DNA from: Porphyridium purpureum
Taxonomy: Eukaryota
DNA: 64,000 nt
Reading direction: 5' to 3'
NCBI GenBank assembly: GCA_008690995.1
Contig: VRMN01000003.1
Span: 1,426,001 to 1,490,000, forward strand
Shown here: positions 9,882-20,810 of the stretch, in pieces
Position numbering within the stretch: position 1 is the stretch's first letter
Layout of the letters: each line of letters opens with the position of its first letter
Translations under genes and position numbers: made by a program
The notes under the pieces: generated by a model
What the model saw: the letters and a program-made list of their open reading frames with translations, nothing else
Database searches by the model: none
What the model was told of the DNA's origin: nothing

Positions 9882-10307
9882 CTATTTTGTGTGGCTAATC
9901 TTTGGCACGTCAAAATGGGCCGGCTGCTTTGCGAGCCTCGTATTAAACTGCTCGACCTGGTCGCGGTAGGACTGCTTGGCGAGCCGCTCGAGCTGCTGCT
10001 CTTCGCGCTCGTTTTGCTTTTGCGCAAATCTTATTTCAGCTGGGGTGCGCTCCTCGCCACCATGCGCAGCTTGTGTGACGGTCAACGGAGCGCTGTGCGG
10101 TGGTACGTGCAGCAATCCATTGTGCTCTGGACCTTTTGCGGCGGCCAATTGAGCGTCGCCCTGGCGCGGCCGAGGCGGAGACAGAGACTCCGGAGGCGCC
10201 GAACCCGGACAGGGAGCTGTCGGAGTGTCTGTCTCAGGACGCCGTTGACCCTTCCAGCACAGCGGCGCGCGCTGGATCGATGCGTACAACGCGCTTTCTG
10301 CGTCCAT
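9882..10307 (-). CDS. FAM32A: FAM32A/DUF1754-like protein
   Basis: C-terminus RTPAEIRF...QSYRDQVEQFNTRLAKQPAHFDVPKISHTK resembles the FAM32A C-terminus. Start at ATG 10307 is inferred. Confidence 0.75.
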   Translation of the reverse strand: MDAESALYASIQRAPLCWKGQRRPETDTPTAPCPGSAPPESLSPPRPRQGDAQLAAAKGPEHNGLLHVPPHSAPLTVTQAAHGGEERTPAEIRFAQKQNEREEQQLERLAKQSYRDQVEQFNTRLAKQPAHFDVPKISHTK

Positions 10308-11323
10308 GAAATGAACTGGCGCAGACGCTCGCACACATGAACCTCGAGGCGCGCAGACCGTCCGCCGACGTGACTCTGTTCGCCGACACCAGCAGCTCGT
10401 GCAACACACTCACCGGCCTTGCTCTTGCGCCAGGGTGCAAGCACACATGTGAACCACCCGCCCGCCGCAGCCCGTGCGGTACCGTCACCGTCACTTACTT
10501 CGCACGTCCACGTGAAGCTCCACTCCTCCTCCTTCTCCTCTTCCTCCTTGTCATCATTATCGTTCTCACTCCGCACGGCGCGGAACAAGCTTTGCATCAA
10601 ACATGTAAACTTTCTACACAAAATTCACACGGAAAGTGGAGTCGAAACTGTGCTTCATCCGCGCACACGTGAAAAACGAAAAGATGACCTGCGAGCATAA
10701 CAAAACAGCACGTGTGAAGACTGGAGGGGGTGGGGGGCACAGGGTTGTTTCCTTTGCTTAAAAATTAGAGCAAGATGTGAGTGTCAAGGGAGCGTACCGC
10801 GTATGTACAGCGTGCACCCGCGTTGCTTTTTGTTGTGTGTGTTCCATTATATGCATAGTGGTCACAGAGAGGAAGACAGAGAGGGAGAGAGAGCAGGGTA
10901 GCAAATCCGGCTGACTGGGACGTGCTGTTGTCTACTTGGCAATGACCGAACGGGTTGCTGCACAGCTAGCCGTGGTCGTGGCAGAGACGCGCGCAGGACG
11001 TAGACAACAAACAAGGAAAGGAGGGGAAAGCTACAGTCTCACCGTCTGCTGTGCAGGCATTGCAATGCTCCATCTGTGGTGTTCTAGGATTGCGTAAATT
11101 AGTCGGCTCAGCACATGCAGCGCAGGTGAGCGCAGCACGTGTGCCAAGTGTGTTCTAGCTCGAGCGTGTGCGTGCGTGGGATTTCCGCTCTGGTGTGGAA
11201 GGCGCTGGTGCGCGGGTGTCGCGTGCCTCTCGCTGCGTTGTGGGAGAGATAAAGGTGTCGGAAGCGGCGGAGGACGGCACTCAAACACGACAATAAGAAT
11301 TGTGGCGGTGGCGAGGATCGGAT

Positions 11324-12697
11324 ATGGCCGCCGCGTCGGCGAGCTCCAAGCAGGCGCAAACTCGAATGAGGGGTGTCAGCCCGCAGGACGCGTTAGGGCT
11401 CGAAGCGTTGTCGTTCGCGGGTGTCGCAGGCGTGTCGTCAACCAATTCGCAAGCGAGTGGCGCGTGCGCGTGGTCCTCCATGTCTTCTTCCCCATCCCAG
11501 TCAAGCCCGTCAGCGGGTGTCCCGGCGACGCTCAATGCAGAGTCTGCACCATCAGATGGGCTGGAACTGTTGCCCGTGGCGGGCGATTTCTCGCCTTATT
11601 TGTCCAGCCAGGCTACGGGAGCGCTCAAGCAAAATCGACTGGCAAAAATACGGCCTCGCATGGTCGCGGGCGTGGATGACTCCGCGGCCACTGGCTTGGT
11701 GAATGGCTCCGCCTCCGCCTCTGGCTCCGGCTCCTCACTGCGGGCTCCGGCGCTAGACCGTCTGAACTTTTCGGACCGGCTGGCGGCGAGTCCACGGCAC
11801 CGACTATCGCCCGGGACTAGTTCCATGAGCCCCGGCAGTGATACGACAAGTGAGTCTGGGCGGAGTCCGGGCTTAAGAAAACAGACACACTCGAAGGAGC
11901 CGTTGTCTGCGCGCATCCGCCAGCTCAGTCACGCCAAACAGTCTCAGTCGCGAGAGAAGAAGTTCCTCGAGATGATCGAAACCTGCTTTGTCACCCAGCA
12001 AGATCACGAAGTGGTCTCGGTTGCGGAGGTTTTTGCATCGCTGCAGAGGTCGACCCATCAGATTCGGAGGTTCCGGATTGTGGTTGTGAATAATTTTATT
12101 CGAAGTGCTGCCATTCAGCAGTACCGTGATTCGATCGAGCGAGCTAAACAGGAGATTGAGACCGTCACGCGGCAGTCGGATGAGGACGACAAGAGCGTCC
12201 ATACCATAGTGATAGGAAGCGGCCCACAATTACTGATTGGCCAATTTTGCGAGACACTCGGACTGAACAATGTCAGCGGCGTGATTCACGATACCGATAC
12301 TTACGATCCCGAGAAAGACGTGACGGTTTTGGCCGATCCCGTGAAGAACATATACGGTGCATTTACGGCGTGGCGCGTCTGCGTGAATCAGTCTGAAAGC
12401 CCGCGCTCGATGGCGTCGGCGGATGTAACGCAGCGCTTCCGCAGTTTCCTGGAACTAACCGAGCCTTCGACAAGCAATGCTAAGCATCAGTTCATGTGCT
12501 TTGCTGTTCTGGACTGCATCAAGATCGGAAACGGCGGTTATGTGACGACCGAGGCTGGTAGTGGGGACATACGTGATTCTCCTGCGTACGCAGATTTGGT
12601 CACACGGGAATCGCTGGTTTCGAAGGCGTTCTCATCCGATTCTGGCGCGAGATTCCGCATCTTAGCTTTGACGATAGATCCCAAACGGTCGTACTGA
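11324..12697 (+). CDS. Hypothetical protein with Ser-rich N-terminus and a possible degenerate thioredoxin-like (AhpC/TSA-2, PRXL2-like) domain
   Basis: Long ORF. IVVVNNFI..., TIVIGSG and VLADPVKNIYGAF loosely recall the PRXL2 family. Confidence 0.7.
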   Translation: MAAASASSKQAQTRMRGVSPQDALGLEALSFAGVAGVSSTNSQASGACAWSSMSSSPSQSSPSAGVPATLNAESAPSDGLELLPVAGDFSPYLSSQATGALKQNRLAKIRPRMVAGVDDSAATGLVNGSASASGSGSSLRAPALDRLNFSDRLAASPRHRLSPGTSSMSPGSDTTSESGRSPGLRKQTHSKEPLSARIRQLSHAKQSQSREKKFLEMIETCFVTQQDHEVVSVAEVFASLQRSTHQIRRFRIVVVNNFIRSAAIQQYRDSIERAKQEIETVTRQSDEDDKSVHTIVIGSGPQLLIGQFCETLGLNNVSGVIHDTDTYDPEKDVTVLADPVKNIYGAFTAWRVCVNQSESPRSMASADVTQRFRSFLELTEPSTSNAKHQFMCFAVLDCIKIGNGGYVTTEAGSGDIRDSPAYADLVTRESLVSKAFSSDSGARFRILALTIDPKRSY

Positions 12698-12996
12698 TTT
12701 CTAATTTCATAAATGTGGGAACCACATGGTAGGTAGTTGGCATGGACACGAGCGGAGCGCTCGACCTCAGCGAGTGAATTAGTAGTCAAGAACTCGCGAG
12801 TACCTGGAACCTTGCTTGTCCAGCTTCCACGTTCCACGGGTTCTGGCGTATGAAAATGACGCCATTTCATGATTGCGGGAAAACCAGATTTCAACTTCAG
12901 CAGACGATCCGAGAAGCTGTTCGTTTGGGCGTCAGATCGAAAGGAGGCGTACGTTGAGCAGAGCAGAACAGGGGCGCTAAGCAAACTATAGCAGGA

Positions 12997-13335
12997 ATGG
13001 TGAACACGGACGACGTGAAAGATCCGCTGACGCTCGCGCTCGGCGCGCTGGTCGCGGCCGGTGGCTTGCTCGGCTTTGTCAAAGCCAACTCGAAGCCGTC
13101 GCTGATTGCCGGTGGCGTCCTGGGGGGCCTGCTTGGCGTCGCTGCGTTTGTGGGGGCGCCCTTTGGTCTGGCCGCATCGAGTGTCTTGGCTGCGCTCATG
13201 GGCGTCCGCTTTATCAATTCAAAGAAGTTGATGCCGTCCGGCCTGATAACAGTGCTCGCGCTCGCCAACGTCGCGCGGCTTGTGCTCGAGGAGCGCGACT
13301 CTTTCACCCTGCGTATACAGAAGCCAGACTTCTAG
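12997..13335 (+). CDS. TMEM14/FAX family membrane protein
   Basis: GALVAAGGLLGFVKANSKPSLIAGG...MGVRFINSKKLMPSGL. Confidence 0.93.
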   Translation: MVNTDDVKDPLTLALGALVAAGGLLGFVKANSKPSLIAGGVLGGLLGVAAFVGAPFGLAASSVLAALMGVRFINSKKLMPSGLITVLALANVARLVLEERDSFTLRIQKPDF

Positions 13336-13596
13336 TCGGGCCCGCAGAAAACACGATGCTGTCCGTGCCCGCATTGACCGTCCTCCATTGTAGCCCATCT
13401 CTGCGAATCAAAGATTAAAAGAAGAGCCTGCAGAATCGAGCGTGCGAAAATGCACTCAATGCGGACAAGACATGTACCAAGCGGATCGTCATCCATCATC
13501 ATCCAGCGCTCGCGTCGCCGCGCGCCAGTATTTCCGCGGACGTGGCGGGCACAACCTGGCAGCCCGCATTGGGCTCGAAGTTTGGCGTGCACCGTG

Positions 13597-13634
13597 AAGA
13601 GGTACTGTAAAGAGGTACTGTAAAGAGGTACTGT
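13597..13634 (+). repeat. Tandem 13-bp repeat AAGAGGTACTGTA, about 3 copies
   Basis: Units at 13597, 13610 and 13623 (last unit 12 bp). Confidence 0.95.
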
Positions 13635-13641
13635 CTCAGCT

Positions 13642-13679
13642 AACCCTAGAAGGAAACAAACCCTAGACGGAAACCCGAG
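13642..13679 (+). promoter_or_regulatory. Cluster of telo-box-like motifs (AACCCTAG, AAACCCTAG, AAACCCGAG)
   Basis: At 13642, 13658 and 13671, upstream of the TRAP-gamma gene. Confidence 0.55.
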
Positions 13680-13881
13680 GAGGGGCCGCGAAAGAAGGTT
13701 TGGGGGAAAGAAGAGCGCGACACGAGACAGATCCGTAGAAGAAAGAGTGATGAGTTTGGTGATTGAGGAAGAGCGGTCAGCGAGTGTGTCTTTGGGCTTG
13801 GGCGTCGGCGTGGCCGTGGGCGTGGGTGGGGAGGGTGGACAAGGTGCAAGGGGTAGGGCGTAGAGGTAGGGACATACTAAG

Positions 13882-14415
13882 ATGGCGAGGAAGGCGGAGG
13901 ATGATGAGTTTGCGGGCTTTGAGGTGGATTATGGGCGCACGGCAGGGGTGGGCAAACGCCTGATGTACTGGTTGCTTGCGATATTGCCCATAAACCTGCC
14001 GGTGCTGCTGTACGTGCGCGTGCTTGCGCTAGATCTGCAGGCGTCTGGCGTGCTGGTGGGGGCTACGGTGATCATCGCCTCCGTGATGCTGTCGCTTGCG
14101 TATCACAACTGCGCGTTCGCCAAGTCGGTCAAGCTGAGGAAGGGGCTCGAGCCACCGCCAAAGTCGGCCTTCCGGAATCGCCCCGAGGAGCACAAGAAGG
14201 CGTGCGACGATCTGGAGGCGAACATCCGCAAAAGCGCCGTGCTCTACTCGGTCGGCTACAACAACGCAATTTTCCTGGTGTGCATCCTGCCGTTTGGTTT
14301 CCAGTTTTTGTCCTCGCTGATGGAGACACCCATGAATTTTGCCACCGCATACACGTTTGCAGCGCTCCTCGCCCTCGTCAATTCCAGATCTGCGCGTAAT
14401 CTCGTGAACAAGTGA
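13882..14415 (+). CDS. SSR3: Translocon-associated protein subunit gamma (TRAP-gamma)
   Basis: Acidic N-terminus, TM1-2 ending in SLAYHN, a basic cytosolic loop, SVGYNNAIFL, then TM3-4; 177 aa, consistent with SSR3. Confidence 0.85.
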   Translation: MARKAEDDEFAGFEVDYGRTAGVGKRLMYWLLAILPINLPVLLYVRVLALDLQASGVLVGATVIIASVMLSLAYHNCAFAKSVKLRKGLEPPPKSAFRNRPEEHKKACDDLEANIRKSAVLYSVGYNNAIFLVCILPFGFQFLSSLMETPMNFATAYTFAALLALVNSRSARNLVNK

Positions 14416-14607
14416 TTATTTTTTTTCCCGGGCTGCATGTCTTTGTTTCGACCCACAGCCTAGATAAATGGAGGCGCGCCCCGCGAAAGAGTTTCTCGAG
14501 CGTGATTGGACGAGTGCTCGAGACGTAGGCGCCAGAGTAAAAGAAAAGGAGGAACAAGGTAACAGGTTGACAGTTTTAATGTTTTCTCTGTACTTGATTC
14601 TTCTTCA

Positions 14608-17310
14608 CTATTGTAACTCATTCTCGGGCGTGTCAAGCACAAGGGGAACGAATTTGCGCCCATTGCCATGCAAGTTATAAAACTTGTTCTGGAATTCCAC
14701 CCAGTGCAAGCGTAGTGCATGCAAAAACGCTGAGAGACTCTCCATCAACATCAAGACACCGATCGTAGCGCCGAGCCACATGATGCATCCAATGATGATC
14801 AACAGTACCTTTCCGGTCTCCCATGAGGCGAGCAGCAATTTTTCCAAGAACACATCAGAAAGCTCTGAGTGAGCCAGGCTCAATGCCCAGAGGCGAAGAT
14901 AGCTTGCCGTATTACTGATTGCGCCTAAGACAAACTCGATCGTGTGGATCATCTGGTGTACCATTACTTCACCAAAGTCAAATACGTCGTGGTCAGCGAC
15001 GTGCACGTCCGCATCATGTGCATCCGGCTGCTGGTCACCTTTGTCCGCCACGTCATGAGGAGTGCCCTTCTCCGCATTGTCCTCAACATCGCGGTCATGC
15101 GCCATGGAGCTCGCGTCATCCTGCTGTGATGAAACGCTGAGTGCCGAGTACCCCCGCGTCTTTGAATGCTGAGACCTCAGAATCAGAGGCTTCGGTAAAA
15201 GCATCCAGGGCACCGAAATAAGCGCCAACAGAAGCAGCACATTCTGCACAAAACCTTGTCCGCGAAACATGACCAAATCTGGAGACAAGTTGCCAGGTGA
15301 CATGATCATGCTGATAAGGATCGCCTTCAGGTCCGGGGCAGGCATCGCGCCCGGCGCGTTCCAGTCGATTGACCACTTGAGAAAAATGAGGACCACCAGG
15401 TAGCCGAATATAGAGCACAGAAAGATGACCTGTGGGACAAATTCGAAAAAGAAATCCAGCGGTCTTCTGAAAAAGCGAGCATTCTCGGCAGACAGAAAAA
15501 GTCCCAGCATCATCTGGGAAACACCAAAGACAATCGATAGCTTCATCTTGTACGAATTGAAGAACAGAAGGCCCGTTTGCGATGCCTTCCAGACAGGATC
15601 GAACCCGAATGGGTACGGGTCTAGCGGCGGAAGCACTGCCGCTGGGTTGGCGCAATTATCGATGCCGCACGCCATGTCAGAGGCGCCCGTATACTGCCAT
15701 CTGGTCCCAAACAAATCGAGCGGAGCTGCGAAAAGCTCGTTGTAAATAAAGCCAGTAAAAATAGAGAACAGGCCCATCAAAAAGATAATGTAGCGTCCGT
15801 TGAAGACGGTACCAAGCATCTCGCCGAGATTCTCGGCGCCACGAGACAGCAGGCGCCGCTCCCAAACAATCAAGAAAAGCGCGAAGAGCGCCATGATGAC
15901 GCCATGTCCAATGTCCCCAAACATGACAGCGAAAAGGAAAGGAAAAGTAATCACCAGAAAAGGAGCCGGATTGACCTCTTGGTACTCTGCTACGCCGTAC
16001 GACTCCACAATCGAATGAAAAACAGAGGTGAATTTGTTGAGCACAAAGTAGGTCGGCGGCGATTCATGCCCACGCCCGCATTCTTCCAGAACAGAGCTCA
16101 CCTGCGCATTCGCCGCTTTCTTACCCGCCACCAGCGCCGTCTGCACTGCATCAAGCGCTCTCGTTGGACACCACCCTTCAAGAATGTACATGACACCCGA
16201 CGTGTCAGAGTTGAGGAAATTCATAGCATGAAATACGGCCTTTTCAGCACATACTTTGTGCTTCCATGATGACACGCACGCAGCCACCTCCAGCAATAAA
16301 TCTTGGCGCTGAGACCCAGAACGCTCAAGCACTTGCTCCATGTCTTGGATGTCAGCAGCGCACTTGGCGAGCGCCTCGCGCTGCCCGTCGGAATCGTCCG
16401 GTACGTTGTACGCCGTGGCTCCCATCGATTTGCAGATGCGATACACCTTTTCTTTCACTTGCGTACCTGCGCAGAAGACAACAAACCCAACTTTCTGGAC
16501 AGGCATGCCGGTGCTTGGATCCACAAGCTCACTTAACTGCGGAGCAAAGCGTGTCAGGATGTTTCCGCGTGATGTGCGGAACAGAATTCTCTCAAACGCG
16601 AGACGCTTATCTGCCTCCACCATCCCGGCAACAAACGACACCAAGGAGCCCCCTCCTTGCAGTCGGAATGCTGGGGCGAACGTTTCCACGCTCGCGCCCT
16701 TTTGCAACGACTCATGTGCCTCAAGCACAGGCTCGGGGTGCATCAAGGGATCGAGCATATTTGCGACTGTGGCGCGCAACTTGCCTCGCGGCTGTGCCTC
16801 GCGCACGTGGCGTCGCGCCTCGTACGCCACCGCATTGCGCGACTCCTGGAGGAACAAATCCAGCACGGTCTCCAACACTGTGCGGAACTCGACCACGCGG
16901 CCCATGCTCTGCTTCAATGCGAGGTCATTCGCATTCAGCGAGATGAGCGCTGATTCCCACTCTGAGAACTGCTTTTCAACCATATCTAGCGAGATAGCAG
17001 CCGTGTCCCTTGACGTCCGAATATCGCTGGCCTCCTGTGGCACGGCGCTAAACGCCGCGTGGGCAATTTGTCCGTTCTTGTCGAGCGGCTGGACAATCTC
17101 TGTCAGATGTCCCTCTACAAATCTGATTTTCCGCAGCACTTCATCGCAGCGGCGCACGTCAGCTGCGTACTCTCGCTGGAAGAGACTCAACTGGTCGTTG
17201 AGGTCGCGCGGCTCAAACTCGCCCATCGCCGCGAGCTCAAACATGGTTTCACGCGCACAGGAGCGCTCCATGTACACGCGCACTCGCGTCATCTCCTGCG
17301 AACGAAACAT
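14608..17310 (-). CDS. VHA-a: V-type H+-ATPase V0 subunit a
   Basis: MFRSQEM start; FPFLFAVMFGDIGHG, NSYKMKLSI, HTIEFVLGAISNTASYLRLWALSLAH, LHALRLHWVEFQNKFY. Confidence 0.97.
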   Translation of the reverse strand: MFRSQEMTRVRVYMERSCARETMFELAAMGEFEPRDLNDQLSLFQREYAADVRRCDEVLRKIRFVEGHLTEIVQPLDKNGQIAHAAFSAVPQEASDIRTSRDTAAISLDMVEKQFSEWESALISLNANDLALKQSMGRVVEFRTVLETVLDLFLQESRNAVAYEARRHVREAQPRGKLRATVANMLDPLMHPEPVLEAHESLQKGASVETFAPAFRLQGGGSLVSFVAGMVEADKRLAFERILFRTSRGNILTRFAPQLSELVDPSTGMPVQKVGFVVFCAGTQVKEKVYRICKSMGATAYNVPDDSDGQREALAKCAADIQDMEQVLERSGSQRQDLLLEVAACVSSWKHKVCAEKAVFHAMNFLNSDTSGVMYILEGWCPTRALDAVQTALVAGKKAANAQVSSVLEECGRGHESPPTYFVLNKFTSVFHSIVESYGVAEYQEVNPAPFLVITFPFLFAVMFGDIGHGVIMALFALFLIVWERRLLSRGAENLGEMLGTVFNGRYIIFLMGLFSIFTGFIYNELFAAPLDLFGTRWQYTGASDMACGIDNCANPAAVLPPLDPYPFGFDPVWKASQTGLLFFNSYKMKLSIVFGVSQMMLGLFLSAENARFFRRPLDFFFEFVPQVIFLCSIFGYLVVLIFLKWSIDWNAPGAMPAPDLKAILISMIMSPGNLSPDLVMFRGQGFVQNVLLLLALISVPWMLLPKPLILRSQHSKTRGYSALSVSSQQDDASSMAHDRDVEDNAEKGTPHDVADKGDQQPDAHDADVHVADHDVFDFGEVMVHQMIHTIEFVLGAISNTASYLRLWALSLAHSELSDVFLEKLLLASWETGKVLLIIIGCIMWLGATIGVLMLMESLSAFLHALRLHWVEFQNKFYNLHGNGRKFVPLVLDTPENELQ

Positions 17311-17681
17311 CTTGCCGTACTTTACCCACGCCCAGTACACCACGACCAGCCACAACATCGAGTCCCTCGTCCCTCTCGCTCTGTCCTTGCGCTTGTGTCT
17401 CACGCCAAACCCCATGTGCCGAAAAAGCCCCACACAACTCCACTGTACTTGCGCACTGTACTGAACCACAGTACCTACAGCACCAGTGAACTTATTAAGG
17501 TACAGTTAGGGGATGGGTGGAGCTGTACCTGATTATGTGGGAAAGTGCTGGAGCGGGAGGAGGGAAGGGGGCAAGCGCGCGAAGGGGAAGGGTGTTGGAT
17601 GGGATGCACGCGCGCGCTGCAGTGCGAATGGGGGATAAGAGAAAATGCGGCGTGGTCGCGCTGCAGCGCGTCTACTCGCTA

Positions 17682-20528
17682 ATGATGAACTCGTCCACGT
17701 CCGCGGCCGCGCCCTTGTCGTCCGTCGCGTCGGTGGCGCTCCGGATGCAGCATCTGCGACGTGTTCATGTGTCCGCGCAGGCAATGTCGGTGGCCGTGTC
17801 ACGGAGCGAGGGTAATAGACAGCGTGAGTACCTGCTTGCTGGCTCAAAGTCAAAGTGGGGAAGAGCAGCACGTATCCAAGAGGAATCTGCAGGTCAAACT
17901 GCAATGGCGTTGTTTGCGCAAGAAACCCCGCCCATGCGCGCGCTGGAGCATGCCATGAAACGCATCGTGGCCATGGAAGGCATGGAAACTCTTCGCTCAG
18001 GATGGGAGCGATTTGAAGAAGTGTTCAAGAAAATGCGAGAATCAGAAGCCAACAAGGACAGCCCTCAGCCAAGCCACAACGATGCTGCGGCGGGCGAGAA
18101 AGGGACAAAGGACACCAACAAAGCCGACAAGCCTGGCGTTGAATCGGAAGCAAAGTCGTCCAAGTCAGGTGAGGGTGAGGAGAAGGGAGCCCCAGGAGGG
18201 GGAAGTGGCCCAGAGGACCAGGTTCCGTGGTTTCAGCAGCTTATGCTTGCGACCATGATTATGGTTTTCGCTGCTTACCTGACGTCGTCTGAGCAGCAGG
18301 AGCGTGAAATTTCGTTCCAGACGTTTGTGGCACAGCTTTTGATTCCTCGGCGGGTAGAACGCATCGAGGTCGTGAATAAGACAGTGGCGAAAGTATACCT
18401 GCGCGACGCGTTGCCTCCGACTGCATCATCGTCTTCGTCGCGCGCGCGCGAGCATGGTCAAACTCACACGTCTCAACTGCCCACCGTTGATGCTTGGGGC
18501 TCGTTCGGATCGAACGAATGGATTGAAATGGATGCTGGTCAGTCTCAACGGTCTAGTGACTTGGACCGTGAAATCATGGATAATGTTTTGTCCGGGAGGG
18601 ATCCGACTGACGGCAGCGCTCCCACGTACTTCTTCAACATTGGATCGATCGATACTTTTGAACGTCGACTTGAGGAAGTGCAGGAGGAGCTTGGGCGGGA
18701 TCCAGCGGATTATGTGCCGGTCTCATTCACAGAACAACGCTCGCTTGGCCAAATCATGGCGAACGTGCTCCCGACGGCAATCATTCTCGGGGCGGGTCTT
18801 GCCATGCTGCGAGGTTCGATGGGTGGTATGGCAGGTGGGTCGCGCGGCGGGATTTTCCAGGTAGGGAAGGCGAATCCGGTGATTGTCAAGGACGGCGTTG
18901 GGCCGGGCGGGAAACGTGTGATGTTTCAGGATGTGGCCGGACTGGACGAGGCCAAACTGGAAGTTATGGAGTTTGTGGACTTCTTGAAGGATGCGAAAAA
19001 GTACGAACGATTGGGCGCGAAGATTCCCAAGGGCGCTCTGCTTGTTGGGCCACCGGGCACGGGAAAGACGTTGCTCGCGAAGGCCGCGGCTGGCGAAGCA
19101 AGTGTGCCGTTTTTTCCAATGTCGGGCTCGGACTTTATCGAAATGTTCGTCGGAGTCGGACCTTCTCGCGTTCGTGATTTGTTCCGCCAAGCGCGCGAGG
19201 CGGCACCATGCATAGTTTTCATTGACGAAATCGACGCCGTCGGACGAGCGCGCGGGCGTGGCGGCTTCAGTGGAGGCAACGACGAGCGCGAGAACACTTT
19301 AAACGCATTGCTGGTGGAAATGGACGGATTCAATTCGACCACCGGCATCGTTGTGCTCGCCGGAACTAACCGCGCAGATATCTTGGACAAGGCTCTGCTT
19401 CGACCCGGTCGGTTTGATCGTCAGATTTCTATCGATAAGCCGGACTTGCGCGGTCGGAAGCAGATCTTTGATGTGCACCTCAAGCCACTGAAAATGAACG
19501 TAGACAAGTCGGAGATTGCCAAGAAAATGTCTACTTTGACGCCAGGCTTCTCCGGTGCAGATATCGCGAACATCTGCAATGAGGCAGCTTTGATCGCGGC
19601 GCGCTCGCGCAAGGAGTTTGTGGAGCTGGTTGACTTTGAAGCGGCCACCGACCGTGTGATCGGAGGCCTGGAGAAGAAGAACAAGGTCATTACACACAAG
19701 GAGAAGAACATTGTGGCGCACCATGAGGCCGGGCACGCGATTGCGGGCTGGTTTTTGAAGCATGCAGACCCGCTTCTGAAAGTGTCCATTGTGCCGCGTG
19801 GCCAGGCGGCTCTCGGCTTTGCGCAGTATTTGCCGGAAGATCGCTTTCTTCAGAGCCAGGACCAACTTAATGATTTTATGGTAATGGCTCTCGGCGGACG
19901 CGTTGCCGAGCAGCTCATCTTCGGCTCGATCACGACTGGAGCGCAGGACGACTTGAGCCGAATCACGAAGGCCGCCTATGGCGCGGTAAGCCAGTACGGC
20001 ATGAGCGAAAAGCTCGGTCAGGTGTACTTCCCTCCGGACGGCGGAAGCGAGCAGTTCTTCAAGCCGTTCAGCGAAGAGACGGCGGAGATGATTGACCAAG
20101 AGGCGCGCAAAATGGTTGATCAGGCGTACGAGCGCTGCGAGAATCTTTTGAAGGAGCATTTGGACCAACTGCGCGCGGTTGCGCAGAAGCTTTTAGAAAA
20201 GGAGGTTATCCACGAGGACGACCTTGTGGAGCTTCTTGGTGATCGTCCGCACAAGAAGTTGGTGCAGTATGACGAATTTGTGGATCGTGTTGACAGAGAT
20301 CGCGCAGCTCGCATGAAGACTTTGTCTGAGAATGAAAGCGAGGCCGGTGCTGGTGATGGGACAAGCAAGGTGCAGGAAGCATCTGCCGCGGCAGCGGCAA
20401 TGGCAGCTGCGTCTGGGGAAGGAATCCAGTCCGGTTCCACAAAGTCAAGCGAAACCTCGCGTGGTCAGGCAGGGGCGGCGGACGCTTCAAATGAAAAGTC
20501 GGATTCGTCTATCCCGGAATTATCTTGA
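17682..20528 (+). CDS. Mitochondrial m-AAA FtsH metalloprotease (AFG3/FtsH3-10 type)
   Basis: REISFQTF, two TM segments, [26 protein letters not shown] and GFAQYLP. Start inferred. Confidence 0.95.
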   Translation: MMNSSTSAAAPLSSVASVALRMQHLRRVHVSAQAMSVAVSRSEGNRQREYLLAGSKSKWGRAARIQEESAGQTAMALFAQETPPMRALEHAMKRIVAMEGMETLRSGWERFEEVFKKMRESEANKDSPQPSHNDAAAGEKGTKDTNKADKPGVESEAKSSKSGEGEEKGAPGGGSGPEDQVPWFQQLMLATMIMVFAAYLTSSEQQEREISFQTFVAQLLIPRRVERIEVVNKTVAKVYLRDALPPTASSSSSRAREHGQTHTSQLPTVDAWGSFGSNEWIEMDAGQSQRSSDLDREIMDNVLSGRDPTDGSAPTYFFNIGSIDTFERRLEEVQEELGRDPADYVPVSFTEQRSLGQIMANVLPTAIILGAGLAMLRGSMGGMAGGSRGGIFQVGKANPVIVKDGVGPGGKRVMFQDVAGLDEAKLEVMEFVDFLKDAKKYERLGAKIPKGALLVGPPGTGKTLLAKAAAGEASVPFFPMSGSDFIEMFVGVGPSRVRDLFRQAREAAPCIVFIDEIDAVGRARGRGGFSGGNDERENTLNALLVEMDGFNSTTGIVVLAGTNRADILDKALLRPGRFDRQISIDKPDLRGRKQIFDVHLKPLKMNVDKSEIAKKMSTLTPGFSGADIANICNEAALIAARSRKEFVELVDFEAATDRVIGGLEKKNKVITHKEKNIVAHHEAGHAIAGWFLKHADPLLKVSIVPRGQAALGFAQYLPEDRFLQSQDQLNDFMVMALGGRVAEQLIFGSITTGAQDDLSRITKAAYGAVSQYGMSEKLGQVYFPPDGGSEQFFKPFSEETAEMIDQEARKMVDQAYERCENLLKEHLDQLRAVAQKLLEKEVIHEDDLVELLGDRPHKKLVQYDEFVDRVDRDRAARMKTLSENESEAGAGDGTSKVQEASAAAAAMAAASGEGIQSGSTKSSETSRGQAGAADASNEKSDSSIPELS

Positions 20529-20810
20529 GATTGGAACATGACGAGAGTGTATTCGTAAATTGCTGCGGAGCAGATAAACTCGGCATGGTTTCCTTTGTCG
20601 AAAGTCGGACGACTTGGATTTTGCAACTAGAGCGACCAACTTCGTGCTTCCAACACGTCAGATGTTCCAAGACGGACCGTACTTGTATTTGCAACAAAGC
20701 TACAACTTCCTGCGTCTCTGGCTAACTAACTGAAGTCTTCTATAAACGTCTTCATTTGCTATTACTGTGGACTATTGGTTTTCCACAACCGCGCGCTACG
20801 TTCCAGGTGC

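Noticed and set aside
13597..13634. 13-bp repeat as a CRISPR-like array
   Set aside because: The units are contiguous with no spacers, there are no cas genes, and the context is eukaryotic.
16340..17464. 374-aa plus-strand ORF
   Set aside because: Antisense shadow of V-ATPase a with no independent motifs.
17311..17681. Upstream ORF extensions of V-ATPase a and FtsH
   Set aside because: The extensions are not protein-like and cover the shared promoter and leaders; V-ATPase a conservation begins at MFRSQEM.
19299..20168. 289-aa minus-strand ORF
   Set aside because: Antisense shadow of FtsH.
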